DNA of 41,944 nt, taken from contig JAHINX010000061.1 of the NCBI GenBank assembly GCA_018895765.1, positions 1 to 41,944 of the forward strand, given 5' to 3'. The position numbers were made by a program, and so were the translations under genes. This document shows positions 1 through 9,584 of this stretch, in pieces. Every line of letters begins with the position of its first letter. Within the stretch, counting starts at the first letter, position 1. Origin of the DNA: Patescibacteria group bacterium. Its GTDB lineage: Bacteria; Patescibacteriota; Patescibacteriia; GCA-002772895. Under the pieces are notes generated by a model. It made no database searches. It was not told the origin of the DNA and worked only from the letters and a program-made list of their open reading frames with translations.

Positions 1-61
1 AATTTTCACACCAAATATTTTATATTTTATTTTTAATTTTTTATTTTGAGCGATAGCGAAT

Positions 62-2719
62 ATGTCCATAGCATTTCACAATTTAACAGTGGAGGGGGCG
101 TTAGAAGAATTAGGGACAAGTATTGATGGCCTCAAAGAGAAGGAGATAAAAGCGCGTCTTAAACAGTATGGTAAAAATGAATTGCCAAGGGAAAAAATGC
201 TTTCCCGTTTTTCAATATTTCTTTCACAATTCAAATCGCCTTTAGTTTATATACTTTTATTTGCGGCTATAATAAGTGGCATATTGATGGAAACAATTGA
301 TATGGTGATTATTCTGGCCGCTATTTTTATTAATGTTATTATTGGTTTTGCGCAGGAGGATAAAGCTAATCGTTCTTTAGAACAGCTAAAGACGTTAGTA
401 GAACGTAGATCGCACGTAATAAGAGGAGGTCGGGAGATTGAAATAAAGGCTGAAGATTTGGTCCCAGGAGATATCGTTGTTTTGGAAGAGGGAAGTAGAG
501 TACCTGCTGATGGACGGATAATTAAAGAAAATGATTTAGAAGTAAACGAGGCTTCTCTCACGGGTGAATCGCTTCCTATTAAAAAAACATCAAAAAAGAT
601 TGATAAAAACATTGTTTTAGCAGAACGAAAAAATATGGTTTTTATGGGAACGCTTGTTACTGGAGGAAGGGCATATTTTGTAGTTACTGATATTGGAATA
701 AAGAGCCATTTTGGCGAGATCGCCAGTTTGGTTAGAGAGACAAAAGAAGAAAAAACACCTCTTCAAGAACGTATTGGAAATTTTAGTAAGATATTGGGCG
801 CGGTGATTGTTTTTGTTACAATTATTTTATTTTTAGTCGGTATAGCTTTGGGTAGATCGCCACTTGAGATGTTTTTAACTTCAATCGCTGTTGCTGTTGC
901 GTCTATTCCCGAAGGTTTGCCTATTTCTATTACCGTCATCCTGGCAATCGGGATGCAAAAAATGTCCAGACATAAAGCATTAACGCGAAAAATGATTGCC
1001 GCTGAAACGCTTGGTAGCGTAAGCGTTATTTGTACGGATAAAACAGGGACGCTTACGATTGGAGAAATGCGCGCAGTCCACCTTATGTCTTATTGCGGAG
1101 ATTTATTTATTCAAAAAAATAAGCAACATAAAGCAATACATAAGGAATTATTAGATCAAGCTATGAAGATAAGTTTATTATGTAATAATGCTGTTGCGGA
1201 AAATATGAAAGGAGAGCTGAAAAGTTGGAAAATATTGGGCGACAGTACGGAAAAGCCATTGCTTATAAAAGGCTATGAAATAGGTTATGATAAACAAACT
1301 TTGGAAAAGAAGATGCCGCGTCTTCATGAGTTGACTTTTAATTCTGAACGAAAGTTTATGGCAACCCTGAATAAGACCAGTAAAATAAAAGCAGAAATAT
1401 TTATAAAAGGCGCACCGGAACTTCTTTTAGAAAAATCAAAATATTTTTTTGATGGTATAAAAACTTTAAAACTTGGATCAAAAGAAAAGGCATATTTTAA
1501 AAAAGAAATAGAAAAATTAACCTCAAATGGTCTTAGGGTTTTGGGTCTTGCTTATAAAGATGCAGAAAATGGACGCGAAAAAATTGAAGAAAAGGATATA
1601 AAAGATATTGTTTTTGTTGGTATAATGGGGCTCAAAGATCCTCTCCGTGAAACCGCAAAAAGCACTATTCAGCTTACCAGAGATGCGGGTATTAGGCCAG
1701 TGATTGTAACCGGTGATCATATTTTGACAGCCAAGGCAATTGGCGAAGAGATTGGTTTTCGGATAGGAGAAGAAAACGTTTTGGAAGGAAAGGATATAGA
1801 TGAATTAAGCGATGCGGAACTAAAAGAAAAAATAAAAGATATTGATATTTTTGCTAGAGTACTGCCAAAGCATAAATTAAGAATTATTGATGCATGGCAG
1901 AGCAGGGGCGAGATAGTGGCGATGACAGGAGATGGCGTAAATGATGCGCCAGCAATCAAGAGAGCGGACATTGGGATTGCTCTTGGTTCGGGTTCGGACG
2001 TAACAAAAGAAACTTCTGATATGGTTCTTTTGGATGATAATTTTAGCACTATAATAAAAGCTATTGAGCGGGGACGAATTCTTTTTGATAATATAAGAAA
2101 GGTTATTGTATATTTACTTTCTGATAGTTTTACCGAGGTAATCCTTATTGCTGGAGCCCTTATCTTGGGATTGCCTTTGCCAGTTACCGCAGCTCAGATT
2201 TTATGGGTGAATATTATTGATGATGGCCTGCCAGGGCTATCTTTGGCTTTTGACAAAGGAGAGAAAGATGTAATGGAACGCAAGCCTAGAAAAAGAACAA
2301 CACCGATTTTAAATAACGAAATGAAGGCTATAATATTTATTATGGGAATATTAACTGATCTTTTTTTATTAGGCGTTTTTTATTTTGTCTGGGAGCTAAC
2401 CAAGGATTTGAATTATAGTAGGACGATTTCTTTTGTTGGACTTGGCATTGATTCTTTATTTATTGTTTATGCAGCGAGAAGCCTGCACCACAGTATTTGG
2501 CATACAAAGTTTTGGAATAATCAATTTCTAAATTTGTCGGTTTTAGCGGGAGTTTTAATGCTTTTTCTTGTTGTGTATTTGCCTGTTTTACAAACAGCCT
2601 TTAAAACAATCGGACTTGGCTGGCGTGAATGGGTTTTTCTTTTAGGCATCGGAATGATTAATCTTGTACTTATAGAATTTATAAAATGGTTTTTTATTCA
2701 TAGACATAAAGTTGATTAG
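62..2719 (+). CDS. P-type cation-transporting ATPase (P2-type, Ca2+/Mg2+-ATPase-like)
   Basis: 885-aa ORF with the P-type motif set: LTGES, ICTDKTGTLT (DKTGT phosphorylation site), KGAPE, VTGDH, MTGDGVNDAPA. Hydrophobic helices at both ends. Confidence 0.9.
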   Translation: MSIAFHNLTVEGALEELGTSIDGLKEKEIKARLKQYGKNELPREKMLSRFSIFLSQFKSPLVYILLFAAIISGILMETIDMVIILAAIFINVIIGFAQEDKANRSLEQLKTLVERRSHVIRGGREIEIKAEDLVPGDIVVLEEGSRVPADGRIIKENDLEVNEASLTGESLPIKKTSKKIDKNIVLAERKNMVFMGTLVTGGRAYFVVTDIGIKSHFGEIASLVRETKEEKTPLQERIGNFSKILGAVIVFVTIILFLVGIALGRSPLEMFLTSIAVAVASIPEGLPISITVILAIGMQKMSRHKALTRKMIAAETLGSVSVICTDKTGTLTIGEMRAVHLMSYCGDLFIQKNKQHKAIHKELLDQAMKISLLCNNAVAENMKGELKSWKILGDSTEKPLLIKGYEIGYDKQTLEKKMPRLHELTFNSERKFMATLNKTSKIKAEIFIKGAPELLLEKSKYFFDGIKTLKLGSKEKAYFKKEIEKLTSNGLRVLGLAYKDAENGREKIEEKDIKDIVFVGIMGLKDPLRETAKSTIQLTRDAGIRPVIVTGDHILTAKAIGEEIGFRIGEENVLEGKDIDELSDAELKEKIKDIDIFARVLPKHKLRIIDAWQSRGEIVAMTGDGVNDAPAIKRADIGIALGSGSDVTKETSDMVLLDDNFSTIIKAIERGRILFDNIRKVIVYLLSDSFTEVILIAGALILGLPLPVTAAQILWVNIIDDGLPGLSLAFDKGEKDVMERKPRKRTTPILNNEMKAIIFIMGILTDLFLLGVFYFVWELTKDLNYSRTISFVGLGIDSLFIVYAARSLHHSIWHTKFWNNQFLNLSVLAGVLMLFLVVYLPVLQTAFKTIGLGWREWVFLLGIGMINLVLIEFIKWFFIHRHKVD

Positions 2720-2742
2720 GGAAACTAATTACGAATATTTAT

Positions 2743-3408
2743 ATGAGAAAAGCAAAAATCGCCGTGATTATACCGGCGTTTAACGAAGAAGAAACAATTG
2801 CAGGTGTGGTGGCGGCGGCAAGCGCGAGTGAATTGGTAAGTGAGGTTATTGTGGTTTCTGATGGTTCAGCCGATAAAACCGCCCGGTTAGCAAAAAAAAA
2901 TGGCGCAACTCAAATTTTTAATTTGCCAATAAAAAAAGGAAAGGGCGCCGCAATGCTTCACGGGCTCACTCATACGGATGCAGAAATAATCGTTTTTTTG
3001 GATGCGGATTTAAAGGGGTTTCGAGCGGAACACTTAAAGCGTTTGATAGAGCCGGTTTTTCGCGGTGAGTTAGTAATGAGTGTAGGGATTAGAGATCGTG
3101 GAAAGATAATGGAAAAAATCGGTCCATATCTTCCTCTTATCGGAGGAGAAAGAGCTATGCAGAGATTTGTAATAGAGAACATCCCGGACAAATATTTAAA
3201 GGGATTTATGATTGAGTCAGCGCTGAATTATTATTGCAGGTCCAGAGAGCTTCCCTATGGGACTGTTTTTTTGCCGGGCGTAAAAATAAGACGGAAGATG
3301 CAGAAAGTTGGGGTCTTGAAAGGGCTTTTGCAATATGTTAAGATGATATATCAAATTATAAAGGCAATGATATTGGTCAGATTGGCGAAAATGAGAGGAA
3401 GGTTTTAA
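2743..3408 (+). CDS. family 2 glycosyltransferase
   Basis: N-terminus KIAVIIPAFNEEETI...VVSDGSADKT...FLDADL is typical of the GT-A/GT2 fold. 221 aa. Confidence 0.75.
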   Translation: MRKAKIAVIIPAFNEEETIAGVVAAASASELVSEVIVVSDGSADKTARLAKKNGATQIFNLPIKKGKGAAMLHGLTHTDAEIIVFLDADLKGFRAEHLKRLIEPVFRGELVMSVGIRDRGKIMEKIGPYLPLIGGERAMQRFVIENIPDKYLKGFMIESALNYYCRSRELPYGTVFLPGVKIRRKMQKVGVLKGLLQYVKMIYQIIKAMILVRLAKMRGRF

Positions 3409-3530
3409 AGAAATTATCAATTATCAACGTTCAATTATCAATGAATTTCAAAGTTTAATTTTTTCAATGATCATTAAACGGTTTGCGATTGATTATTCAT
3501 TGATCATTGGTTATTGAATATTGAGTATTT

Positions 3531-4955
3531 ATGAAAGTTATTATCATGGGTCTGGGTTTATATGAAAAAGGAAGCGGCATTTCTGCCGCCAAGTTTTTTA
3601 TTGAAAAAGGCGACGAAGTTTTGATTACTGACTTAAAAGAGAGAAAGGAGTTGCTGCGTCAGATAAAAGAATTGGAAAAATTTTGCAAGAATCATAATAA
3701 AAAAATGCCCATACTTCATCTTGGTGGACATAAAGAAGATGATTTTAAAAGTGTAGATATTGTGATGCGGAATCCCGGCGTGCCAAAGGATTCGCTTTTT
3801 TTAAAAATCGCGCGAAAAGCCGGAGCGCAAATAGAAACCGATGTTACTATTTTTATGAAAAATTGCCACGCGATGGTTATTGGCGTAACAGGCACCCGTG
3901 GAAAAAGCACCACAGCATCTTTGATCTATGAAATATTGAAAAAATCCCCCCTAACCCCCCTTTGCAAAAGGGGGGAGAAAGGGGGAATTTGGCTTGGCGG
4001 AAATATAAAAATTTCTCCGCTTTCGTTTATAGAAAAAGTTAAGCCAAGCGATATTGTTGTTTTGGAATTTTCAAGCTGGATGCTGGAAAACTTTTCTGAA
4101 TATAAAATTGCCCCGCATATTGCTGTTATCACAAATATTTATCCCGACCATTTAAATACTTACAAAAATATGGCAGAATATATTTCTGCCAAGAAAAATA
4201 TTTTTCAATATCAAAAGGCAGGAGATTATTTAGTTTTAAACGGAGAGAATAGGGAAACGAAAAAATGGAAAGGCTATGGAAAAACAATTTATTTTTATAA
4301 AGAAAATATTAAAAAGTTTTATAAATTGCCCATTAAATTGCAGGGTGAGCATAATTTAGAAAATATTAGCGCGGCATATGCAGTGGTAAAAATTATGAAG
4401 GTGCCAGTAGCAAAGATTGAAAAAGTTTTGAAAAAATTTAACGGCCTCTCCGATAGACAGGAGATAATCGCGCAAAATAAGGGGATAACTTTTGTTAATG
4501 ATACAACAGCTACAACGCCGGACGGAACAATCGCGGCTCTCCGTAGATTTGGCGCGAACCAAGAAATCAAGAAAACAAGAAAACAAAAAAACAAGAAAAC
4601 AAGAAAGCAAGAAAGCAAAAAAATCATCCTAATCTGTGGTGGAAGCGACAAGGGGCTAGACTATAAACAATTTGCAAAAGAAGCAAAAAAATATTGCAAA
4701 GCAGTAATATTTTTTCCGGGAACGGCGACGGAAAAAATAAATTATAAATTATCAATTATCAATTATCAATTAATTATTATGGCGAAAGACATGAACAGTG
4801 CGGTAAAAAAGGCAAGACAACAGGCCATTAGAGGAGATATTATATTATTGTCTCCAGCTGCTGCCAGTTTCGGTTTGTTTAAAAATGAATTTGACAGAGG
4901 AGAGGAATTTAAGAAAGTAGTAACACAGGTAACACAGAAAGAACAGCACAGATAA
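3531..4955 (+). CDS. murD: UDP-N-acetylmuramoylalanine--D-glutamate ligase
   Basis: GVTGTRGKSTT P-loop and C-terminal LLSPAAASFGLFKNEFDRGEEF (MurD signature). Carries three repeat-derived in-frame inserts (see findings). Confidence 0.85.
   Translation: MKVIIMGLGLYEKGSGISAAKFFIEKGDEVLITDLKERKELLRQIKELEKFCKNHNKKMPILHLGGHKEDDFKSVDIVMRNPGVPKDSLFLKIARKAGAQIETDVTIFMKNCHAMVIGVTGTRGKSTTASLIYEILKKSPLTPLCKRGEKGGIWLGGNIKISPLSFIEKVKPSDIVVLEFSSWMLENFSEYKIAPHIAVITNIYPDHLNTYKNMAEYISAKKNIFQYQKAGDYLVLNGENRETKKWKGYGKTIYFYKENIKKFYKLPIKLQGEHNLENISAAYAVVKIMKVPVAKIEKVLKKFNGLSDRQEIIAQNKGITFVNDTTATTPDGTIAALRRFGANQEIKKTRKQKNKKTRKQESKKIILICGGSDKGLDYKQFAKEAKKYCKAVIFFPGTATEKINYKLSIINYQLIIMAKDMNSAVKKARQQAIRGDIILLSPAAASFGLFKNEFDRGEEFKKVVTQVTQKEQHR
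3941..3990 (-). repeat. G-rich hairpin element, family A, inverted copy inside murD
   Basis: aaaaatcccccctaacccccctttgcaaaaggggggagaaagggggaattt is the reverse complement of the family seen at 17213-17310, 19410-19455 and 35907-35953. Translated in frame as SPLTPLCKRGEKGGI. Confidence 0.7.
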
Positions 4956-5016
4956 CACAGATAACACAGATTTTTAAGACACAGATAACACAAATTTTTA
5001 AGACATAGATAACACC
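4921..5016. repeat. tandem repeat (cagataaca units, about 24-nt higher-order unit) spanning the murD stop codon
   Basis: cacagataacacagatttttaaga / cacagataacacaaatttttaaga / catagataacac. The murD TAA and its last roughly 10 codons (VTQVTQKEQHR) lie inside the repeat. Confidence 0.8.
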
Positions 5017-5116
5017 CCAGTAGTAGAGCAAAGCTCACTACGGGGCAGGCAGATATGCGCTCGCCTCGCTTCGCGGTCGAAGCGGGCTTCGCGCTATTAA
5101 AAAATCCCGCATTATT

Positions 5117-5536
5117 CTAAGCGGGATTTTGTGGTAGATCAAACTGTTCCAAAATAACATCATAGGCCTCTTTTTTAATGGGCCCGCGTGTTTTTAATGA
5201 AAAAGAAAAAAGTATATAGCATTTATTGTCTGTCCCTACATAACCGACACGCATTTCCTGGTCGTCATATCTTCCTAAAAGATGCATTGCAAAGCCGGGT
5301 CTGGGTTTCGGCATAAGAGTCGCCTTATCCATTTCATTTTTATTAGTATGAATAAAGACGACAAAGATATCGTTCTTATCGTCTGCGCAAATTGCGGCCA
5401 ATCTTTTGCCATTTTTAAATAACTTGTATTCAAAGATAGTATTCGCTATAATCTTTAGCTTTCCATCTAGGAATAATCTTTCTTTTTCATCTTGTCTGAC
5501 TTTTGTTACTTCGTTTTTTGGCACGATTTCCTCCAT
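5117..5536 (-). CDS. hypothetical protein (orphan cassette)
   Basis: 139-aa ORF. Upstream minus-strand promoter TTGACA(5606-5601)-17-TAGTAT(5583-5578). The stop codon lies inside the hairpin aatcccgc/gcgggatt, which is followed by a T-run. The start could instead be the GTG 12 nt downstream, just after GGAGG. Confidence 0.6.
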   Translation of the reverse strand: MEEIVPKNEVTKVRQDEKERLFLDGKLKIIANTIFEYKLFKNGKRLAAICADDKNDIFVVFIHTNKNEMDKATLMPKPRPGFAMHLLGRYDDQEMRVGYVGTDNKCYILFSFSLKTRGPIKKEAYDVILEQFDLPQNPA

Positions 5537-5694
5537 TCTTCACTGAAGCTTCGAATGGCACAGCCCCCTCTTTACTTATACTATAAATTTAAAAGATCAT
5601 TGTCAAATAAGCAAAAAAATGATATTGTTATTATAGGAACCTCTCTAAAACACGTCACCTATGGCATTCTGTTTACAGAGATTCCTATATAAGT

Positions 5695-6993
5695 ATGAAA
5701 AGATTATTGAAAAAAATAGTCCCGAAATGGGCTATTAGATTTTATCATTGGCTTTTGGCAAACCTGGGAGCGCTTGTTTACAGATATCCTTCACGGAAAA
5801 TAATAGTTATAGGCGTAACCGGAACCAAAGGCAAATCAACAACTTCGTATCTTATAGCCAAGCTTTTGGAGGAGTTTGGAAATAAAGTCGGGCTTACCTC
5901 CACGATAATTTTTAAAATAGGCAAAAAGGAATGGTTGAATGATAAAAAAATGACCATGCTTGGACGTTTTCATTTGCAAAAGCTTTTGCGTCAGATGGTA
6001 AACGAAGGGTGCAAGTATGTAATTATAGAAACTTCTTCGGAAGGGATTGCGCAATATAGACATAGCGGGATAGACTATGACATAGCTGTTTTTACCAATC
6101 TTTCGCCAGAGCATATAGAGTCGCATGGTAGTTATAGTAAATATAAAAAAGCAAAATCAAAATTATTTTCTTCTCTTGAGCGCGGCCGCGAGAAAGGCGT
6201 CCCTAAAACGGCAATAATAAATCTTGACGATAAAGAAGCGGATTATTTTTTGGGATTTAATAATAATAATGTCGGCTATACTTTAAAAAATTCATATAAA
6301 AAGCAGGCAAAAAAAATAATATCGGCAAAAAATTTAAGCGTTAGCGAATCCGGTATAAAATTTTTCATATCGGACATCGAGTTAAGGAGTAAGTTATTAG
6401 GAGAATTTAATGCTTATAATATTCTTGCCGCAATCGCTTGTTGCGACGCGCTCGGCAAGAGCCTTCCGGAATTGCCCGAAAAAGTAGAAAAAATAGAATC
6501 AGTCCCCGGCAGGATGGAGTTTATAAATGAAGGGCAAAATTTTCAGGTAATTGTTGATTACGCACATGAACCGGTATCAATGCGCGCGCTTTACGGCATT
6601 GTCCGTGAAATTCCCCATAAGCGGGTTATTCATATCTTTGGCGCCACTGGCGGAGGACGCGACAAATCGCGCCGGCCGATTTTGGGAGAAATCGCAGACC
6701 AGAATGCCAGCATCATAGTTCTTACGAATGACGATCCATATGAAGAAAATCAGGAAAAAATTGTCAGTGACATAAAAAAAGGAATTAAGAAGAAAAAAGA
6801 AGGGGAATCGTTTTTTGTCGTTATGGATAGAAAAAAAGCCATAGAAGACGCTGTTATGCAGGCCGAAGAAGGAGACATACTACTTATAACCGGTAAGGGT
6901 TCTGAACAGAAAATTGCTATTGATGGAAAAATGCTTCCATGGGACGATAGAGATATTGCCCGGCAAGCCATAAAGCTAAAACTTAAAAAATAA
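5695..6993 (+). CDS. murE: UDP-N-acetylmuramoyl-L-alanyl-D-glutamate--diamino acid ligase (MurE-type Mur ligase)
   Basis: GVTGTKGKSTT, IETSSEG...FTNLSPEHIESHGSYSKYKKAK, VDYAHEP, TNDDPYEE at the DNPR position. 432 aa. Confidence 0.75.
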   Translation: MKRLLKKIVPKWAIRFYHWLLANLGALVYRYPSRKIIVIGVTGTKGKSTTSYLIAKLLEEFGNKVGLTSTIIFKIGKKEWLNDKKMTMLGRFHLQKLLRQMVNEGCKYVIIETSSEGIAQYRHSGIDYDIAVFTNLSPEHIESHGSYSKYKKAKSKLFSSLERGREKGVPKTAIINLDDKEADYFLGFNNNNVGYTLKNSYKKQAKKIISAKNLSVSESGIKFFISDIELRSKLLGEFNAYNILAAIACCDALGKSLPELPEKVEKIESVPGRMEFINEGQNFQVIVDYAHEPVSMRALYGIVREIPHKRVIHIFGATGGGRDKSRRPILGEIADQNASIIVLTNDDPYEENQEKIVSDIKKGIKKKKEGESFFVVMDRKKAIEDAVMQAEEGDILLITGKGSEQKIAIDGKMLPWDDRDIARQAIKLKLKK

Positions 6994-6998
6994 ATATG

Positions 6999-7143
6999 CC
7001 CAGTAAGACCAACTTTGATCTTTGTTGCGCTAAGACGCAACAGGTAAAAATGCTGTTTTTCTTGGCGTAAATTATAATCAAAAAATAAAATTAATCAACT
7101 TTTAAAATTTTATATAAATTATTTTCAAAGTTGTCTTACTGGG
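6999..7143. repeat. family F intergenic element with about 19-bp terminal inverted repeats, abutting a start codon
   Basis: cccagtaagaccaactttga (6999-7018) pairs with tcaaagttgtcttactggg (7125-7143). Contains an internal hairpin gttgcg/cgcaac and an AT-rich core. Homologous to 35022-35152. Confidence 0.7.
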
Positions 7144-7144
7144 T

Positions 7145-7786
7145 ATGACTGACCAAAAAGAAGAAAAAATTGAAAAATCTGATTTTAAAGCCGTAAAGCT
7201 GAAAGACGGCGAAGAAATTTTATTGGTAGTTAGGCAAACGCCGGTTGCTTTTAGCTCCGCGTTTTTAATCGGCCTTTTTTTATTTCTTTTGCCCTTTTTC
7301 TTCTTGTTTCCGCTTTTTTCTTGGGGAAAGATTGGGATGGTGATTTTTTTCATTCTTTTGGGAGGAGCGATACTTTTTGCCCTCTATGAATTAATCAACT
7401 GGTATTTTAATTGCGGGATTATTACCAGTCTTAGAGTAATAGACATTGATCAAAAAGGACTCTTCAACCGCATTGTTTCTGAAGTTCCATATTATAAAAT
7501 TGATGATGTTTCATATAATATAAAGGGGATAAAGCAATCAATGTTTAGGTATGGCAACGTAGTGGTGGCGATAAGAGGTTATCGGTCTAGCGTCACTTTG
7601 CGAAACGTTGCTAAGCCGGCAATGATTCAGGAATTGGTTTTGGAAGTTGAGCGCCGGGTGCGGAAGTGGGACGAAAATGAAGAAAAAAAGCCGGTAATGG
7701 ATAAAATTATGGATGAAATGGATAAGCTTTCTTCTGTGGAAAAGCGCGCTCTTGCCCTTGCGCTTAAAAAAATGAAAAAAGAATAA
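7145..7786 (+). CDS. membrane protein with bacterial PH-like (YdbS/YdbT-type) domain
   Basis: Two hydrophobic helices followed by a segment resembling bPH-domain proteins (ITSLRVIDIDQKGLFNRIVSEVPYYKIDDV). 213 aa. Confidence 0.5.
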   Translation: MTDQKEEKIEKSDFKAVKLKDGEEILLVVRQTPVAFSSAFLIGLFLFLLPFFFLFPLFSWGKIGMVIFFILLGGAILFALYELINWYFNCGIITSLRVIDIDQKGLFNRIVSEVPYYKIDDVSYNIKGIKQSMFRYGNVVVAIRGYRSSVTLRNVAKPAMIQELVLEVERRVRKWDENEEKKPVMDKIMDEMDKLSSVEKRALALALKKMKKE

Positions 7787-7789
7787 GAT

Positions 7790-8167
7790 ATGAAAGATTT
7801 ATCGCTAAAAAAAATATTGGGAATGAAGATAGCGGGTATTGCTATTCTGCTTCTTATTATTCTTTTTGGATTTAATTTTTTTAAAGAATATAGCCGGAGC
7901 AGGGCGCTTGATAAAGAAATAAAAAAATTGGAAGTTGCAGCAAAAGAAGTGGAAGCGCAAAATCTTGATATTCTTAATCTGGCGACATATTTGGATACGG
8001 AAGAGTTTTTGGAAAGCGAAGCAAGGACAAAGCTGGGGTTGAAAAAACCGGGAGAAGAAGTTATTTCCGTTTCTTTGCCTGAGGAAGCAAATGCGCTTGT
8101 GGACAATTTAAATAATCCGGAGGAGCCAAACTTTGTTTTGTGGTGGAAACATTTTTTTAATAAATAG
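7790..8167 (+). CDS. septum formation initiator (FtsB/DivIC-like)
   Basis: N-terminal TM helix, then a coiled coil and the conserved ESEARTKLGLKKPGEEVI motif. Confidence 0.65.
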   Translation: MKDLSLKKILGMKIAGIAILLLIILFGFNFFKEYSRSRALDKEIKKLEVAAKEVEAQNLDILNLATYLDTEEFLESEARTKLGLKKPGEEVISVSLPEEANALVDNLNNPEEPNFVLWWKHFFNK

Positions 8168-8179
8168 TTAAAGAAATTA

Positions 8180-8212
8180 AATCTGAAATTTGAAATCTGC
8201 AATTTGAAATTG
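8180..8212. repeat. heptamer tandem repeat (aatctga/aatttga units)
   Basis: aatctga aatttga aatctgc aatttga. The 20-mer at 8180-8199 is the exact reverse complement of 18239-18258. Confidence 0.85.
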
Positions 8213-8215
8213 TAT

Positions 8216-8289
8216 GCGGGTATAGTACATTGGCAGTATGCGACCTTCCCAAGGTTGAGAGACGGGTCCGATTCCCGTTACCCGCTCCA
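8216..8289 (+). tRNA. tRNA-Gly (anticodon CCC), CCA encoded
   Basis: Manual cloverleaf: acceptor GCGGGTA/TACCCGC, D stem GTAC/GTAT, anticodon arm CGACC-TTCCCAA-GGTTG, T arm ACGGG-TCCGATT-CCCGT, then T-CCA. Confidence 0.8.
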
Positions 8290-8298
8290 ACAGAGGAT

Positions 8299-8320
8299 CC
8301 GGCTTAAAGCCGGGTTTTTT
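8299..8320 (+). terminator. rho-independent terminator after tRNA-Gly
   Basis: ccggc-ttaaa-gccgg hairpin followed by T6. Confidence 0.7.
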
Positions 8321-8350
8321 GATTTTGCAGATGTCTGCTATAATATAAAT

Positions 8351-8707
8351 ATGTATAATTATATATTAAGCGATTTGGGATTTTTTGTTCTCAGGTTTTC
8401 TGTTGGCATTATACTCATAGCGCACGGTATCCCTAAAATAAGAACAAGAAAAGCGCCATTTACAACCGGATGGAAAAATTTGCTTTTAGGCATTTGGGAA
8501 CTTTTGGGCGGATTCCTTTTAGTTGCGGGATTGTGGATGAATTTTGTTGCAACTGGTTTAGCAATCGAAATGCTCGGAGCAATATATTTTCATATTTTGG
8601 TTTGGAAACAAGTATTTAAGGGTGGATGGGAATTACCTTTTCTAATTTTCTGCGCTCTTATTCTTTTAGCATTGACAGGAGGAGGGAACTGGCGTATCAT
8701 AATTTAG
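8351..8707 (+). CDS. DoxX-family membrane protein
   Basis: The track ORF at 8204 overlaps tRNA-Gly, so the internal ATG at 8351 is used. Sequence FVLRFSVGIILIAHGIPKI...LLGGFLLVAGL matches the DoxX pattern. Confidence 0.6.
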   Translation: MYNYILSDLGFFVLRFSVGIILIAHGIPKIRTRKAPFTTGWKNLLLGIWELLGGFLLVAGLWMNFVATGLAIEMLGAIYFHILVWKQVFKGGWELPFLIFCALILLALTGGGNWRIII

Positions 8708-8746
8708 ATATGCCAGCGCAAAATCAGTTTGTCTTCCCGCCTTTAT

Positions 8747-8818
8747 GCCGAAGTGGCTCAATGGTAGAGCAACGGTATCGTAAACCGTAGGTTGTGGGTT
8801 CGATTCCCACCTTCGGCT
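8747..8818 (+). tRNA. tRNA-Thr (anticodon CGT)
   Basis: Acceptor GCCGAAG/CTTCGGC, D arm GCTC-AATGGTA-GAGC, anticodon arm ACGGT-ATCGTAA-ACCGT, T arm GTGGG-TTCGATT-CCCAC. 72 nt. Confidence 0.9.
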
Positions 8819-8867
8819 ATGAAGGTGGGGAGGTAAAAAGATTTTGACTGGCTATTTTTAATTCCTA

Positions 8868-8900
8868 AATAGCTAAAAAGCTAAGTAGCTAAGTAGCTGA
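8868..8900. repeat. octamer tandem repeat (agctaaaa/agctaagt) directly before the ftsE start
   Basis: tagctaaaaagctaagtagctaagtagctga. TAA/TAG recur every 8 nt. Confidence 0.8.
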
Positions 8901-8901
8901 T

Positions 8902-9582
8902 ATGATCGAATTTAAAAATGTTTCAAAAATTTATCCGCCGGATTTTGTTGGCGTGAAAAATATAAGCCTCCGCATCCAAGATGGAGAGTTTGTTTCTGTT
9001 ATTGGAAAGTCAGGTAGCGGAAAAACGACACTAGTAAAGCTGTTAATGGCCGAAGAACCCATCTCTCATGGCGAGCTCAAGATTGGAGACGTGGAAGTTA
9101 CGAAAATAAAAAGAAATGAGATTCCCTCTTTGCGCAGACAGATAGGCGCGGTTTTCCAGGATTATAAGCTTTTGCCAAGAAAAACAATTTTTGAAAATGT
9201 AGCTTATGCCTTGGAGGTTTGTGGAATAAATAACAAGCGTATAGGCGAAATTGTTCCGCAAGTTCTAAGAGTTGTGGGCCTTGAAGGGAAAGAAGGTAGA
9301 TACCCACTTCAAATATCAGGCGGAGAACAGCAAAGGGCGGCTATAGCCCGGGCTCTTGTTCATAGCCCAAAGCTCTTAGTCGCTGATGAACCGACCGGAA
9401 ATCTTGATGCCTTGAATACGCAAGAGATTATTGAGCTTCTGAAAAAGATAAACAGTCTTGGCACAACGGTCCTTCTGGTTACTCATAATCGCGAGGTAGT
9501 GAATGCATTAAAAAAGCGGGTTGTCACCTTGGACATGGGGATGGTAGTCGGTGATGCCGAGCATGGGAGATATAAGATATAA
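8902..9582 (+). CDS. ftsE: cell division ATP-binding protein FtsE
   Basis: ABC ATPase (GKSGSGKTT, LSGGEQQR, LLVADEPTGNLD) immediately upstream of an FtsX-like permease gene. Confidence 0.85.
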   Translation: MIEFKNVSKIYPPDFVGVKNISLRIQDGEFVSVIGKSGSGKTTLVKLLMAEEPISHGELKIGDVEVTKIKRNEIPSLRRQIGAVFQDYKLLPRKTIFENVAYALEVCGINNKRIGEIVPQVLRVVGLEGKEGRYPLQISGGEQQRAAIARALVHSPKLLVADEPTGNLDALNTQEIIELLKKINSLGTTVLLVTHNREVVNALKKRVVTLDMGMVVGDAEHGRYKI

Positions 9583-9584
9583 GA

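Noticed and set aside
7627-8202. 191-aa minus-strand ORF
   Set aside because: It is antisense to the FtsB-like gene and to the end of the bPH gene. It is Ser/Phe-rich and low in complexity, typical of the shadow frame of an AT-rich Lys/Glu-rich gene.
8204-8350. N-terminal 49 codons of the 167-aa track ORF
   Set aside because: This part overlaps tRNA-Gly and its terminator. The DoxX-like hydrophobic protein starts at the internal ATG 8351.
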